Of a stretch of 64,000 nt of DNA, positions 48,560 through 58,607 are shown in pieces. The notes beneath the pieces are model-generated. The model ran no database searches. It had not been told where the DNA came from and worked only from the letters and a program-made list of their open reading frames with translations. This DNA comes from Squalus acanthias (taxonomy: Eukaryota). The stretch lies in the NCBI GenBank assembly GCA_030390025.1, contig CM059432.1, forward strand, positions 10,416,001-10,480,000, written 5' to 3'. How positions within the stretch are numbered: the first letter of the stretch is position 1; each line of letters starts with the position of its first letter. Made by a program: the position numbers and the translations under genes.

Positions 48560-49696
48560 TCACTGGAAACGAAGTCTGATGAGGCGGTCATGGACCGACC
48601 TTGCAGAACGGCGATTGAGTGGCTGCCTCCTCCGTCGCTGCTGTTCGTCCTCCTGCTCCTCGTCCTCCTCCTCGTCCTCCTCCGCCTGAGGTGGTGCAGC
48701 TATGCCTGGTGGCAATGGCTGGGCCCTCATAATGGCCAAGTTGTGCAGCATGCAGCAAACCACGACGAAATGGGACACCCGCTCAGCCAAGTACTGGAGG
48801 GCTCCTCCTGAGCGGTCAAGGCAGCGGAACAATTGCTTCAGCAGGCTGATGGTCTGCTCGATGATGTTCCTGGCGGCAGCTTGGCTCTCATTGTATGAGT
48901 GCTGGCCAGGAGTGTTGGGGTTGCGGAGGGGTGTCATGAGCCAGGTGGAGAGCGGATAGCCCTTGTCTCCCAGCAGCCATCCACTAGCTTGATGTGGTGG
49001 CTGGCGCAGGATGAAGACATCGTGGCTGCTCCCAGGATAGCGGACATTGTCGGTCAGGATTTGCCGTGTGTGGTCACACACCAACTGCACATTAAGTGAG
49101 TGTTAGCCTTTGTGGTTACAGAATATCTCAGGATTGTTATGAGGTGCCCGCAAAGCGATGTGGGTGCAGTTAATGGCGCCCTGCACCATTGGGAATCCCG
49201 CTATCCTGGCAAAGCCACACGCACGCTCGCGCTGCTTCTCTCTGGTCATGGCAAAGGTAATGTAGTCCCTTCTCCTTCTGTAGAGAGCCTCTGTGACCTG
49301 GCGGATGCAGCAATGGACGGCAAACTGGGAGATATTGGAAATGTCTCCTGTCACACACTGGAATGATCCGCTGGTGTAGAAATTGAGAGCGACGGTGACC
49401 TTGACTGCCACTGAGAGAGCCGTGGTGGCCCTGATCTGAGGCTCGAGGTCTGGCTGCAGGAGGTGGCAGAGCTGTGTGACCACGTCCTTGCTGAAGCGGA
49501 GCCTTCTAAGACACTGGTCCTCAGTGAAATTCATGTAGGAGAACTGCTACCGGAATACCCTGGGAGGGTAAGGCCTCCTGTTGAGAGCCCTGTTGGCCCT
49601 CCTCCCTCTGGCCACATTTTGCAATCTCTCTCTCTGCCTCAGTTGCCTCCGACGTTGACGCTGGAGGGCGAGGTCCAGTGCCAGTACAGCCCCCAT
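48560..49696 (-). pseudogene. Harbinger DDE transposase (HARBI1-like) pseudogene
   Basis: One frame with premature stops at 49547 and 49103; GAINCTH (catalytic D to N), [29 protein letters not shown]. Confidence 0.92.
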
Positions 49697-50424
49697 GAAA
49701 GGATGCAAATATTGCACTTTCAAATCTCCCCTCAATGAAACTGAAGAATCTCTATGTGCCAGAACACTCGTTAAAATGCAAAACGCTCAAATCGGTCAAA
49801 AGGCCTCTTTGCCGATGTGAAACCAACAACACAGCATTTTTGGCCGAGGGAAGCTAAACCGGATGTGGACACCTTTAAATAATAGCGCTCCTCCGGGGGA
49901 CATCCGACTGAAAGCTGCCTCCTCCACCTGTCGTTAACGGCAGGCGCACAAGCAGGGGACAAGAGGGAATTTCTCACCCGGGGCGCTGCGCACGATCGCA
50001 ATGACGTCATGATCTCCGGGCGCAGGAGATTGGAGCGCAACGTCCTACCGCCGCCGCAAAACTCCCGCCGAATTTAGCGGGAGGCGTTGATATCGCCGCG
50101 CCCCATTTGCGCCCCCCTCCCCCCCCTCCCCCGGAGGCGCTAACGGGAGGCGCAAACAAGTCCAATTTCTAGCCCTTAGTCCCCATCAGTGCCCGCAGCA
50201 TGACCAGAGTCCTCGGCACGTACACATCTGCTCAACGTTGAGCGGGGGCTCCCTCTAGTGGATACCGCTGGAGAAACACTTTCAGAATTTTTCCATTTTA
50301 GCAAGCAATATACACCAGTAATGCCAACTCGCGCGAATTAATGAAAATTTAGCCCAACACACGATCGCACCGATTCCACACCGAAACCGCGCCCCTTTTT
50401 TCCCCTAAATTTGCAGCAACACAT

Positions 50425-50780
50425 TTCTCATTGGTTCCAGCGTCCAGCAGCGGGCCGACTCGACTGCCCGTCAGAGCGGCATGACGCAGTGATGCTGGAC
50501 GGGGAATGGCGCAGTGACGCTGGGCAGGAGTTGGGCGGCACGGCAGCACCCCGATTGGTCAGCGCGCACCGGCGCCGCTCAGCATGGGCGGCGGTGATTG
50601 GAACGCTCCCCCGGGGGGAGGGGCTCGCGCACAGGGATTGAAACCTTCGGTAGCGGGTGTTGCGTTCCTGCACCGCGCGCCCCGCCAGCGCTCTCTTCGC
50701 GGGCGCCCCGGCTCGTGGCTCACGTCGCTGGGTAACCCAGCCGGAGGCCGCACGTGGGGCACTGCCGTCTCTCCCCGAAT
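50425..50780. promoter_or_regulatory. CpG-island promoter-like segment
   Basis: CpG-dense; ATTGG at 50430, 50554, 50597; GGGCGG at 50533, 50586; TGACGC twice; CACGTG at 50751. Confidence 0.45.
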
Positions 50781-50954
50781 TGTGAGGGAGAACACTTGTA
50801 TTGAAAAAAATGATTCTAATAACGGGGGAACTCGCCACGTTGGACTGTTTCAGGAACTCCTTGGCCGCTTTGTCGAACTTATTCGGCAGCTTCGGAGCAG
50901 GTGGTCTGACGCACTCAGGAAATACTGAGCATGTGCAGCAGGTCAATGAGCATC

Positions 50955-51240
50955 TTACATAGAATCGTAGAAGTTTACAGCACAGAAGGAGGCCATTCGG
51001 CCCATCGTGTTCGCACTGGCCGACAATGAGCTATCCAGCCTAATCCCACTTCCCAGCTCTTGGTCCGTAGCCCAGTAGGTTACAGCACTTCAAGGGCACA
51101 TCCAAGTACTTATTAAATGTGATGAGGGTTTCTGTCTCTACCACCCTTTCAGGCAGTGAGTTCCAGACCCCCACAACCCTCTGGGCAAAAAAGGTTATTG
51201 ACCCTTCTGCTAAGGGAAATAGGTCCTTCCTGTCCACAAA
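50955..51240 (-). mobile_element. CR1 LINE 3' fragment
   Basis: DRKDLFPLAEGSIT...FAQRVVGVWNSLPE. Confidence 0.85.
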
Positions 51241-51254
51241 ATCAAAATCACTCC

Positions 51255-51740
51255 CGCCCCCATCCCCCCACCCCCACCCCATCGCCACCCCCACCCCCAC
51301 TCCCACCCCCACCCCAACCCTCCCCCACCCCATCCCCACCCCACCCCCACCCTGACCCCCACCCCCACCCCCACACCCACCCTCCCCCACACCCACCCTC
51401 CCCCACCCTCACCCCCCACACCCACCCCAGCCCCCACCCCATCCCCACCCTCCCCCACATCCACCCTCCCCCACCCCCACCCCCCACACCCACCCCAGCC
51501 CCCACCCCATCTCCACCCCCAGTCCCAACCACCACCCCCACCCCAACCCTCCCCCACCCCAGCCCCCACCCCCCACCTCCACCACATCCCCACCCCACCC
51601 CACCCCCACCCCCTAGCTCCGCCACATCCCCACCCCCACCCCCACCCCCCGCACCCAACCCTCCCCCACCCCCCGCCCCCCATCCCCACCCCCCACCTCC
51701 ACCACATCCCCACCCCAACCCCCCCACCCCCACCCCCAGG
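51255..51740. repeat. C-rich (CCCCA/CCCCCA)n low-complexity repeat
   Basis: Direct inspection. Confidence 0.95.
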
Positions 51741-52839
51741 GATCACTCGAACTGAGAACCTCGACTAATAATTCTGCAGCCTATGTGAAGTGAAGCTCGT
51801 TCTATGCTCCTGTTTCTAAGGAGAGGAAAGAATCTCTTGCTGATTTCTATTTTCCCACTGGGAGACAACAATTGAATCTTTCAGCCAGTTTTTGCCGTCG
51901 CTCTTCCTTGAATTAAAGGGCTTCAAAAATATTGATGATAAGCATCTTGCCGCATGTGCACAATAGCATTTAAAAATGAAAATGTGAACTGTAAGACTTC
52001 CTTATGAAAATGCAACCTATCTTAATCTTTGCATTATATGAGTGATGTGAATTGTGGTCGGCACTACAAAGGATACAATAGCCATATTATACAGTTTAAC
52101 TCTTGCTTCTAAACCAGACTGACATACTTGTCGCAGTACATAAAGTGAGAGATAGCACAGGCATTAAAGGAGAGATTAGGCACAATCAGAAACTAAATGC
52201 ATTATTTAACCGCAACAGCTTTGTGAAAGGTCATTTTTTTTTATAGTTTAATTGTGAGCTGTCAAATTCACATTCCATTCTGAATTATTCCGAAGTATTG
52301 CCGTAAATCTCTGAGTATAATATATATTTTGTCCCTCAGAAGATTTGAAAGAATTGGGGCTGTGTAGTGTACAAAGATACTGAGGGGAAGTTAGATAAGT
52401 ACATGAGGGAGAAAGGAATAGAAGGACACGTTGATGGGATGAGATGAAGTAGGGGTGGGAGGAGGCTCGTGTGGAGCATAAACACCGGCACGGACCAGTT
52501 GGGCCGAACGGCCTGTAATTTATTGTCTGTCCACACCTGTTCCTACAATCAATTCCTTTCCAACCAAATATTTATCCAGCACCTTTTTGAAAAGAGTTAA
52601 TCGACTCACCCTTCTGTGAAATTCCTCTCCAATCCCCCGGATCAAAAACTTACAGCTTCTGTTCCACGTGTCCACTGCGGTGTTTTAATGGAAAAAGCTT
52701 CTTCTAACCCCGATCTTGCTCGAAGCTTGTTCATTTTTAGACCAGCGACATTCATTATAATTGTTTCATTTTGATTTTCTTACAAATGCTCTTCCGCCAA
52801 TTTTCTCTCCTTTCAATTGCTGATGTACTGGTCTCCTCA

Positions 52840-53400
52840 CATGGTGGGTAAAAGTAAGAAGTTGCACAACACCAGGTTAAAGTCCAACAGTTTTATTTGA
52901 AATCACAAGCTTTCGGAGCGGCTGCTCCTTCGTCAGGTGAAGTGAAGAATACAAATCGGCACAGCATATATAGACAGAGAACAATGCCTGTGTAGCGTAC
53001 AATGTCAGACGACTACAGTTAATCTTTCTGATTGCCTTTTATCACACCTCGGCAGAGAGACAATCAGGTCAGTCAGGAAGACATTATATCAAAGACATAG
53101 CAAGATACAACAAAGACAATGAGGTGGGGTTACAGGGGGTCTAATGTGTCAGATGCTGCAGTCTGTATGGAAAACCATAAACTTTAAACTTTTTACTTTT
53201 TTTACTGGAAATCACATCTGTGAACAAGCCAACGACGACTCGAGTCTGGATGACTCTACGTCATGTAGCGTAACATGAACCCAAGATCCCGGTTGAGGCC
53301 GTCCTCATGGGTGCGGAAGTTGGCTATCAGTTTCTGCTCGATGATTTTGCGTTGTCGTGTGTCTCGAAGGCAGCCTTGGAGAACACTTACCCGCAGATGG
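52840..53400 (-). mobile_element. Penelope-like element (family A): GIY-YIG-end ORF fragment + 3' UTR/pseudo-LTR
   Basis: LRVSVLQGCLRDTRQRKIIEQKLIANFRTHEDGLNRD; terminal sequence matches the arms at 30603 and 58433. Confidence 0.85.
52903..52940 (-). ncRNA. Minimal type I hammerhead ribozyme motif (PLE family A)
   Basis: TCAC-CTGACGA-A-GGAGC-agcc-GCTCC-GAA-AGCT-T-GTGA on the minus strand. Confidence 0.8.
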
Positions 53401-53900
53401 TGGGCGATAGTGAGACTTTGGAAAGGGTGATGAGGAGCAGCCACTAGACTAATTCCCAGTCTAAAGCATCTCAGTTATCAAGAGAGGCTAAAAGAGTTGG
53501 GACTCTACACATTAGAGAAGCGTAGACTTAGAGTTGATCTGACTGAGGTTTATAAGATAATGAAGGGAATAGATTGTGTTCCAGCTGACAGTTTGTTCCA
53601 ATTAAATAGGTTAGGGAGGACCAGGGGTCACAATTCTAAGTTGTGTAAGGCCAGAGCTAGGTTAGATTTCAGGAGGTGGTTCTTTTCCCGGAGAACAGTG
53701 GACCTCGGGAACAGGTTGGCAGCTCGTGCGGTGGACGCTGATTTGCTGAATTTCTTCAAGCGAGAGCTGGACCTGTTTCTGGCTGGGGTGGAGATCACCT
53801 CTTACAGAAGGAAGGTACTGCAGGGAATTCAGGGCCGGAGTGATCTCCTGGACTAGTTTCGATCGCCTAAGGGGGTTCGGAGAGGAATTTCACAGATTTT
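53401..53900 (+). mobile_element. CR1-group LINE 3' fragment, distinct subfamily
   Basis: GLYTLEKRRLRVDLTEVYKIMKG...RTRGHNSKL. Confidence 0.85.
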
Positions 53901-54644
53901 TAACCCACACCCCCCCCCCCCCCACACACAATTTGGTTTGGGTTTTTATCTGTTTTTTTCACCTCTCCCAGGAGATCACAGGGTTTTGGGTGGGGTGGAG
54001 AGCGTATATGTTGTGTCAGACAAAGTATCAGAAGGGTCTTCTCCTGTCCCTCAGTGTTCGTCTGTTCACGAGAACCCATCTCCTTCCCGTACCTCAGCCA
54101 AGCGGCTATTATTTAACATGTTGGCAATCTTACAGCCTTGTCCTCCCTGACACTCACACAAGTGTACTTCCAGTAGATGTCTCTGGGTAGTGATCAGGAG
54201 TGGGAGCCACTGCCTCATCTCCCCTCTCTCACCTTCCCACCACGCTGACCGAGAGCCACTAACTGAACCAAGCCTGAGCCAGCCTGCTGTGGATAATTCA
54301 CAGACTCGTTCTGCAAACCGGCTGAGCGCCATCGGGAGAAAAATTTATCTTCCTTCTTAATTTTCCGGAAAGCGTTTTCCTGTAAAGTGCACGTTGTTAT
54401 GACAACCAATCCCAAAGTAACACTCGGCCGTTTTTCATTAAAAACGCGCCTTGCGCTTTACACAAAGTGTCAGATCAGTGAATGAATTCAGATCCGTAAT
54501 GGGTTGTGAGATGGTGACAGTGAGTCGCCAGGTCTGCGTCTGCAAGGCTACACTTGTCTGAATTATAAGTGCCCGGGTTTTCCCAAATCCAAGTCTTGTG
54601 AGGCTGATTAAACCCACCAAAATAATTTAAATTGGTCACACACT

Positions 54645-55900
54645 AACAACAACAACAACAACAACTTGTATTTATATAGCGCCTTCAATGTAGTAAAAGG
54701 TCCCAAGCCGCTCCACGGGAGCGATTATCAATCAAAACTTGACACCAAGCCACATAAGGAGATATTATGGGGGTGATTTTGTCAATGGGGGCGCGTTGGA
54801 GGCGGGACTGCTGCTTGTCAGGTTTTAGTCCCGCCTACATCGACTTGTGGCCAACCCACGCTATTTTCCCTTGATTGACCTTGTTAAACCGGCCCAGCGG
54901 GCTTAGCAGGCCAATTAAGGGGAAGCTGGTGACAGAGAACGTCAACATATGACGTTTCATCTGTCAAAAATTTTTGACAAATGAATTGTCATCGTTTGAC
55001 AGCTCTGTGAAGCCGTCAAACACTGACATTCTCTGTTGTTTGATGAGTCCTTGTACTCAAGACTCACCAAACCTCTTTTGTGAGCAGAAATCAGATGGTT
55101 GTTGCATTGGAGAATGCAGCAGCCATCGGTCATCTCTGCCAGTGAGATGCGAGACTCTCCGCATCCCCAACTGTTGAAGCCTGCAGGAAGAAACAAAGGT
55201 AAGTAAATATTTTCTATCACTTTCCACTCACCTCACACACTTACCTCTCCACACTTGCACCCATCACTCACCCCCACAGCACACTTTTGCACCCCTCCGA
55301 CCCCCGCAGACCCACTGCTCGCCTCGGTGACCCTGGCGGGGTTTCCCGACGTCGGGAAGCCCCACGCCTCTGGTGGAAAAATGGGGATAATCCTCTTAAC
55401 TGCCTGTTAACTACCTGGAGACGGGACCCGGCGCAGGTCGGCTACCCGCCTCCTGGGAAGATGGCACGGAGGCGGGTTGGGGGGCGGGATGGGTACCCGC
55501 CCCCAGATTCTGCCATTTTCCCGGCAGACCCACCTCCAAACCCGCCTCCCCAGGGCTGGCAAGATCCGGCCCATTAGGACAGGTGACCAAAAGCTTGGTC
55601 AACGAGGTCGGTTTTAAGGAGCCTCTTTAAAGGAGGAGAGAGAGAGGTAGCGAGGCGGAGAGATTTAGGGAGGGAATTCCAGAGCTTAAGTCCTCGGCAG
55701 CTGAAGGCACGGCCGCCAATGGTGGAGTGATTAAAACCGGGGATGCGCCAGAGGTCAGAATTGGAGGAGCGCAGAGATCTCGGGAGGTTGTAGGGCTGGA
55801 GGAGGTTACAGGGATAGAGAGGGGTGAGGACCTGGTGTGATTGGAATACAAGGCTGAGAATTTTAAAATCGAGGCGTTGCCAGACCGAGAGCCAACGTAG
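54645..55900 (-). mobile_element. L2 LINE 3' end split by the MITE at 54768-55573
   Basis: Tail GGCGCTATATAAATACAAG(TTG)n; sequence continues across the MITE; ASILKFSALYSN-type remnant. Confidence 0.75.
54768..55573. mobile_element. Non-autonomous PIF/Harbinger element with TTA target-site duplication
   Basis: TTA at 54765-54767 and 55574-55576; TIRs TGGGGGTGATTTTG / CAAGATCCGGCCCA. Confidence 0.85.
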
Positions 55901-55929
55901 GTTTGCACTGTTCCCCTTCCATTCGGCTA

Positions 55930-57222
55930 GCTACACATTCGTGCGCGGTGATTCACCACATGCAGATCCCGTCTCTATACTACCCTCTAAAGGTTGCACA
56001 GTGTCATTTTCTGAGCTGGTGCCTGGGAGTGTCAGATCGAGTGACGGTGCCTCTTCTTCCCCATCACTCTCCTCCTCTAGTTCTTGGTGCGCTGGCTGGG
56101 CTGCTGGCAGTTCTTGGGTAACTGAAAGGAGAAAGGCCCAAGGGTCGGGTTGTGGTGAGGGGAGGGGGGAAAGCAAGATGTGCGCGCTTACACCATCAGC
56201 AACTTGTAAGTGAGAAGAGATTGTGCGATGAGGGAAGAAGTGGGATGTGAGAAGAAGGATTAGGTGTGAGCATACCATCATCAGCAATGCTTTTTTTCAC
56301 CCTCGCTAGCTCGCCACAGCCTCAGTGACGGCCCCTCCAATTATGTGCAGCACAGTCTCCTCCAGCGCAGTAAGGTTGTGCAGCCACGCTTGACCCCCAC
56401 CTGTCTGTTACTGCTCAACGCTGGTTGTGAGCCACCTTGGCCTGCAAGAGAAAGGGAAGTGGGTCAGTCAGTGAGTGTGGTGCAATGTGTTTGGATGACG
56501 TGCCTGTCGTGGTTGAGTAGCTGGCATTGTGTGCAAGGTGTGAGATGTGGGTGTGAGATTTGCAGCAAGTGGTAAGTGTGTGAGGTTGAGGTGAAGCTCT
56601 GATTGTGAGGCATGAGCTGTGATTGATAGAGATTGTTGGTCGGTGAGTGATGGGGGTGCGGTGCATTGAGCAGCGTGTGAGGCTAGGGGTGCAGTTGGTG
56701 GGATATGGCATCTGAAAAAGCATTCACTCACCTTGACCACTCGTGTCAGGTCATTGAACTTCTTGCGGCACTGGATCCAGGTCCTGGCGGTAACACTGGT
56801 GGTACTGACGGCTTGCGCATTCTCTTCCCACTGCCTTCTGGCGGTGTGGCTCAAAGGCCTCCTGCCCCCCACCCCCCCCCCTGCGGGTAGAGGACCTGTC
56901 TCCTTCTATATACCCCCTGGGCCAAGACCTCCAGTGCTGCTTCAGAGAAGCGGGGTGCCCTTTCTCTCCCCTTGCTGTGCCGTTGCTGCAGCGACAGTGA
57001 CAATGCGGTACTTCTGCAACAAACTTTAAGAAGTGCAAACAGCCTTTCACTCTGCGGGTAAACTTTAACTGGACAGCAGATTGCACCCGATATTGGTCCC
57101 CCTGTTCAGTGCTCGGCTCAGCGCTGTAATCATGCTAATGAGCAGGCAGCATGAATTTTGCGTGCTGTCTGCACTACTTTCAACGCACATCGCGATCCCC
57201 GTGCTCGTTTTTTCACCCCCAT
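55930..57222 (-). pseudogene. Harbinger remnant: terminus + spliced Myb/SANT gene fragments
   Basis: QWEENAQAV...RTWIQCRKKFNDLTRVVK followed by a GTGAGT donor; AKVAHNQR exon 2; same intron position as 46775. Confidence 0.8.
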
Positions 57223-57224
57223 AC

Positions 57225-57585
57225 AGTTCTTAAAAGGATTGACAGGGTCGATGCTGAGAGGATGTTTCTCCTGGCTGGAGTGTCTAGAACTAGGGGGCAT
57301 AGTCTCAGGATAAGGGGTCGGCCTTTTAAGACTGAGATGAGGAGGAATTTCTTCACTCAGAGGGTTGTGAATCTTTGGAATTCTCTACCCCAGAGGGCTG
57401 TGGATGCTGAGTCTTTGAGTATATTCAAGGCTAAGATCGATAGATTTTTGGACTCTAGGGGAATCCAGGGATATGGAGATCGGGCGGGAAAGTGGAGTTG
57501 AGGCAGAAGATCAGCCATGATCTTATTGAATGGCGGAGCAGGCTCGAGGGGCCATATGGCCTACTCCTGCTCTTAATTCTTGTGT
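57225..57585 (+). mobile_element. CR1 LINE 3' fragment
   Basis: IDRVDAERMF...GKWS* and 3' UTR. Confidence 0.9.
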
Positions 57586-58394
57586 TAATTATCTTCTGTT
57601 TCTTGTGTGATGAACGGCCGACAGCAGGAAGTAAAAAGAAAATCCAAGTGTGCCCAGGAAAGTCATTCTTCCTGTGTCCGGATGCTCTTTCTCTGTCCTT
57701 CTGCTCTCACTTTATTGGTAGATGTGCTATAAATGTGGGGTCTCGGGAGTAAATGAGTTGTTTAAAAGACTTATTATTAATTTGTTTAAAATAATAAATT
57801 GCAATGGATAAAGTACTAATTACGTAGAATGTACAACACAGAAACAGGCCATTTGGCCCAACTGGTCCATGCCGGTGTTTATGCTCCACACGAGCCCTTC
57901 TTCATCTCATCCTTCATATGCTTCTATTCCTTTCTCCCTCATGTGTTTATCCAGCTTCCCCTTAAATGCATTTATGCTATTCACCGCAAGTACTCCTTGT
58001 GGTAGCGAGTTCCACATTCTGTGCGGTAAGTACTATATAATACATTGCAATAATTATTATAAATGCAATTAAAGTAACATAAGAACATAAGAAATAGGAG
58101 CTGGAGTAGGCCCGTTGGCCCCTCGAGCCTGCTCCGCCATTCAATAAGATCATGGCTGATCTTCGACCTCAACTCCACCTTCCCGCACTATCCCCATATC
58201 CCTTGATTCCCCTAGAGTCCAAAGATCTATCGACCTCTGTCTTGAATATACTCAACGACTGAGCATCCACACCCCTCTGGGGTAGAGAATTCCAAAGACT
58301 CACAACCCTCTGAGTGAAGAAATTTCTCCTCATCTCAGTCCTAAATGGCCGACCCCTTATTCGGAGACTGTGACCCCTGGTTCTAGACTCTCCA

Positions 58395-58607
58395 TGATGC
58401 GGAGATGCCGGTGTTGGACTGGGGTGGACAAAATTGAGAGGTCGCACAACACCAGGTTATAGTCCAACAGTTTTATTTGAAATCACAAGCTTTCGGAGCT
58501 ATCGATTGCTCCTTCCTCAGGTGAGGAAGGAGCAATCGATAGCTCCGAAAGCTTGTGATTTCAAATAAAACTGTTGGACTATAACCTGGTGTTGTGCGAC
58601 CTCTCAA
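58395..58607. mobile_element. Penelope-like (family A) fold-back insertion inside the CR1
   Basis: Inverted repeat 58433-58608; 13-bp TSD TCTAGACTCTCCA (58382-58394, 58608-58620). Confidence 0.9.
58483..58524 (-). ncRNA. Minimal type I hammerhead ribozyme motif (PLE family A)
   Basis: TCAC-CTGAGGA-A-GGAGC-aatcgata-GCTCC-GAA-AGCT-T-GTGA on the minus strand. Confidence 0.78.

Larger units (their letters stand above)
46214..50176. mobile_element. PIF/Harbinger DNA transposon, full-length but decayed
   Basis: Convergent Myb/SANT and DDE genes; imperfect TIRs AGGGGTGAAATCGG / CCAATTTCTAGCCCT; no clean TSD. Confidence 0.9.

Noticed and set aside
48560..49696. Host HARBI1 gene
   Set aside because: Premature stops, catalytic D-to-N change, paired Myb gene and TIRs indicate a transposon copy rather than the domesticated gene
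51040..51755. Pro-rich and Gly-rich ORFs (extensin/formin-like)
   Set aside because: Low-complexity CCCCA repeat
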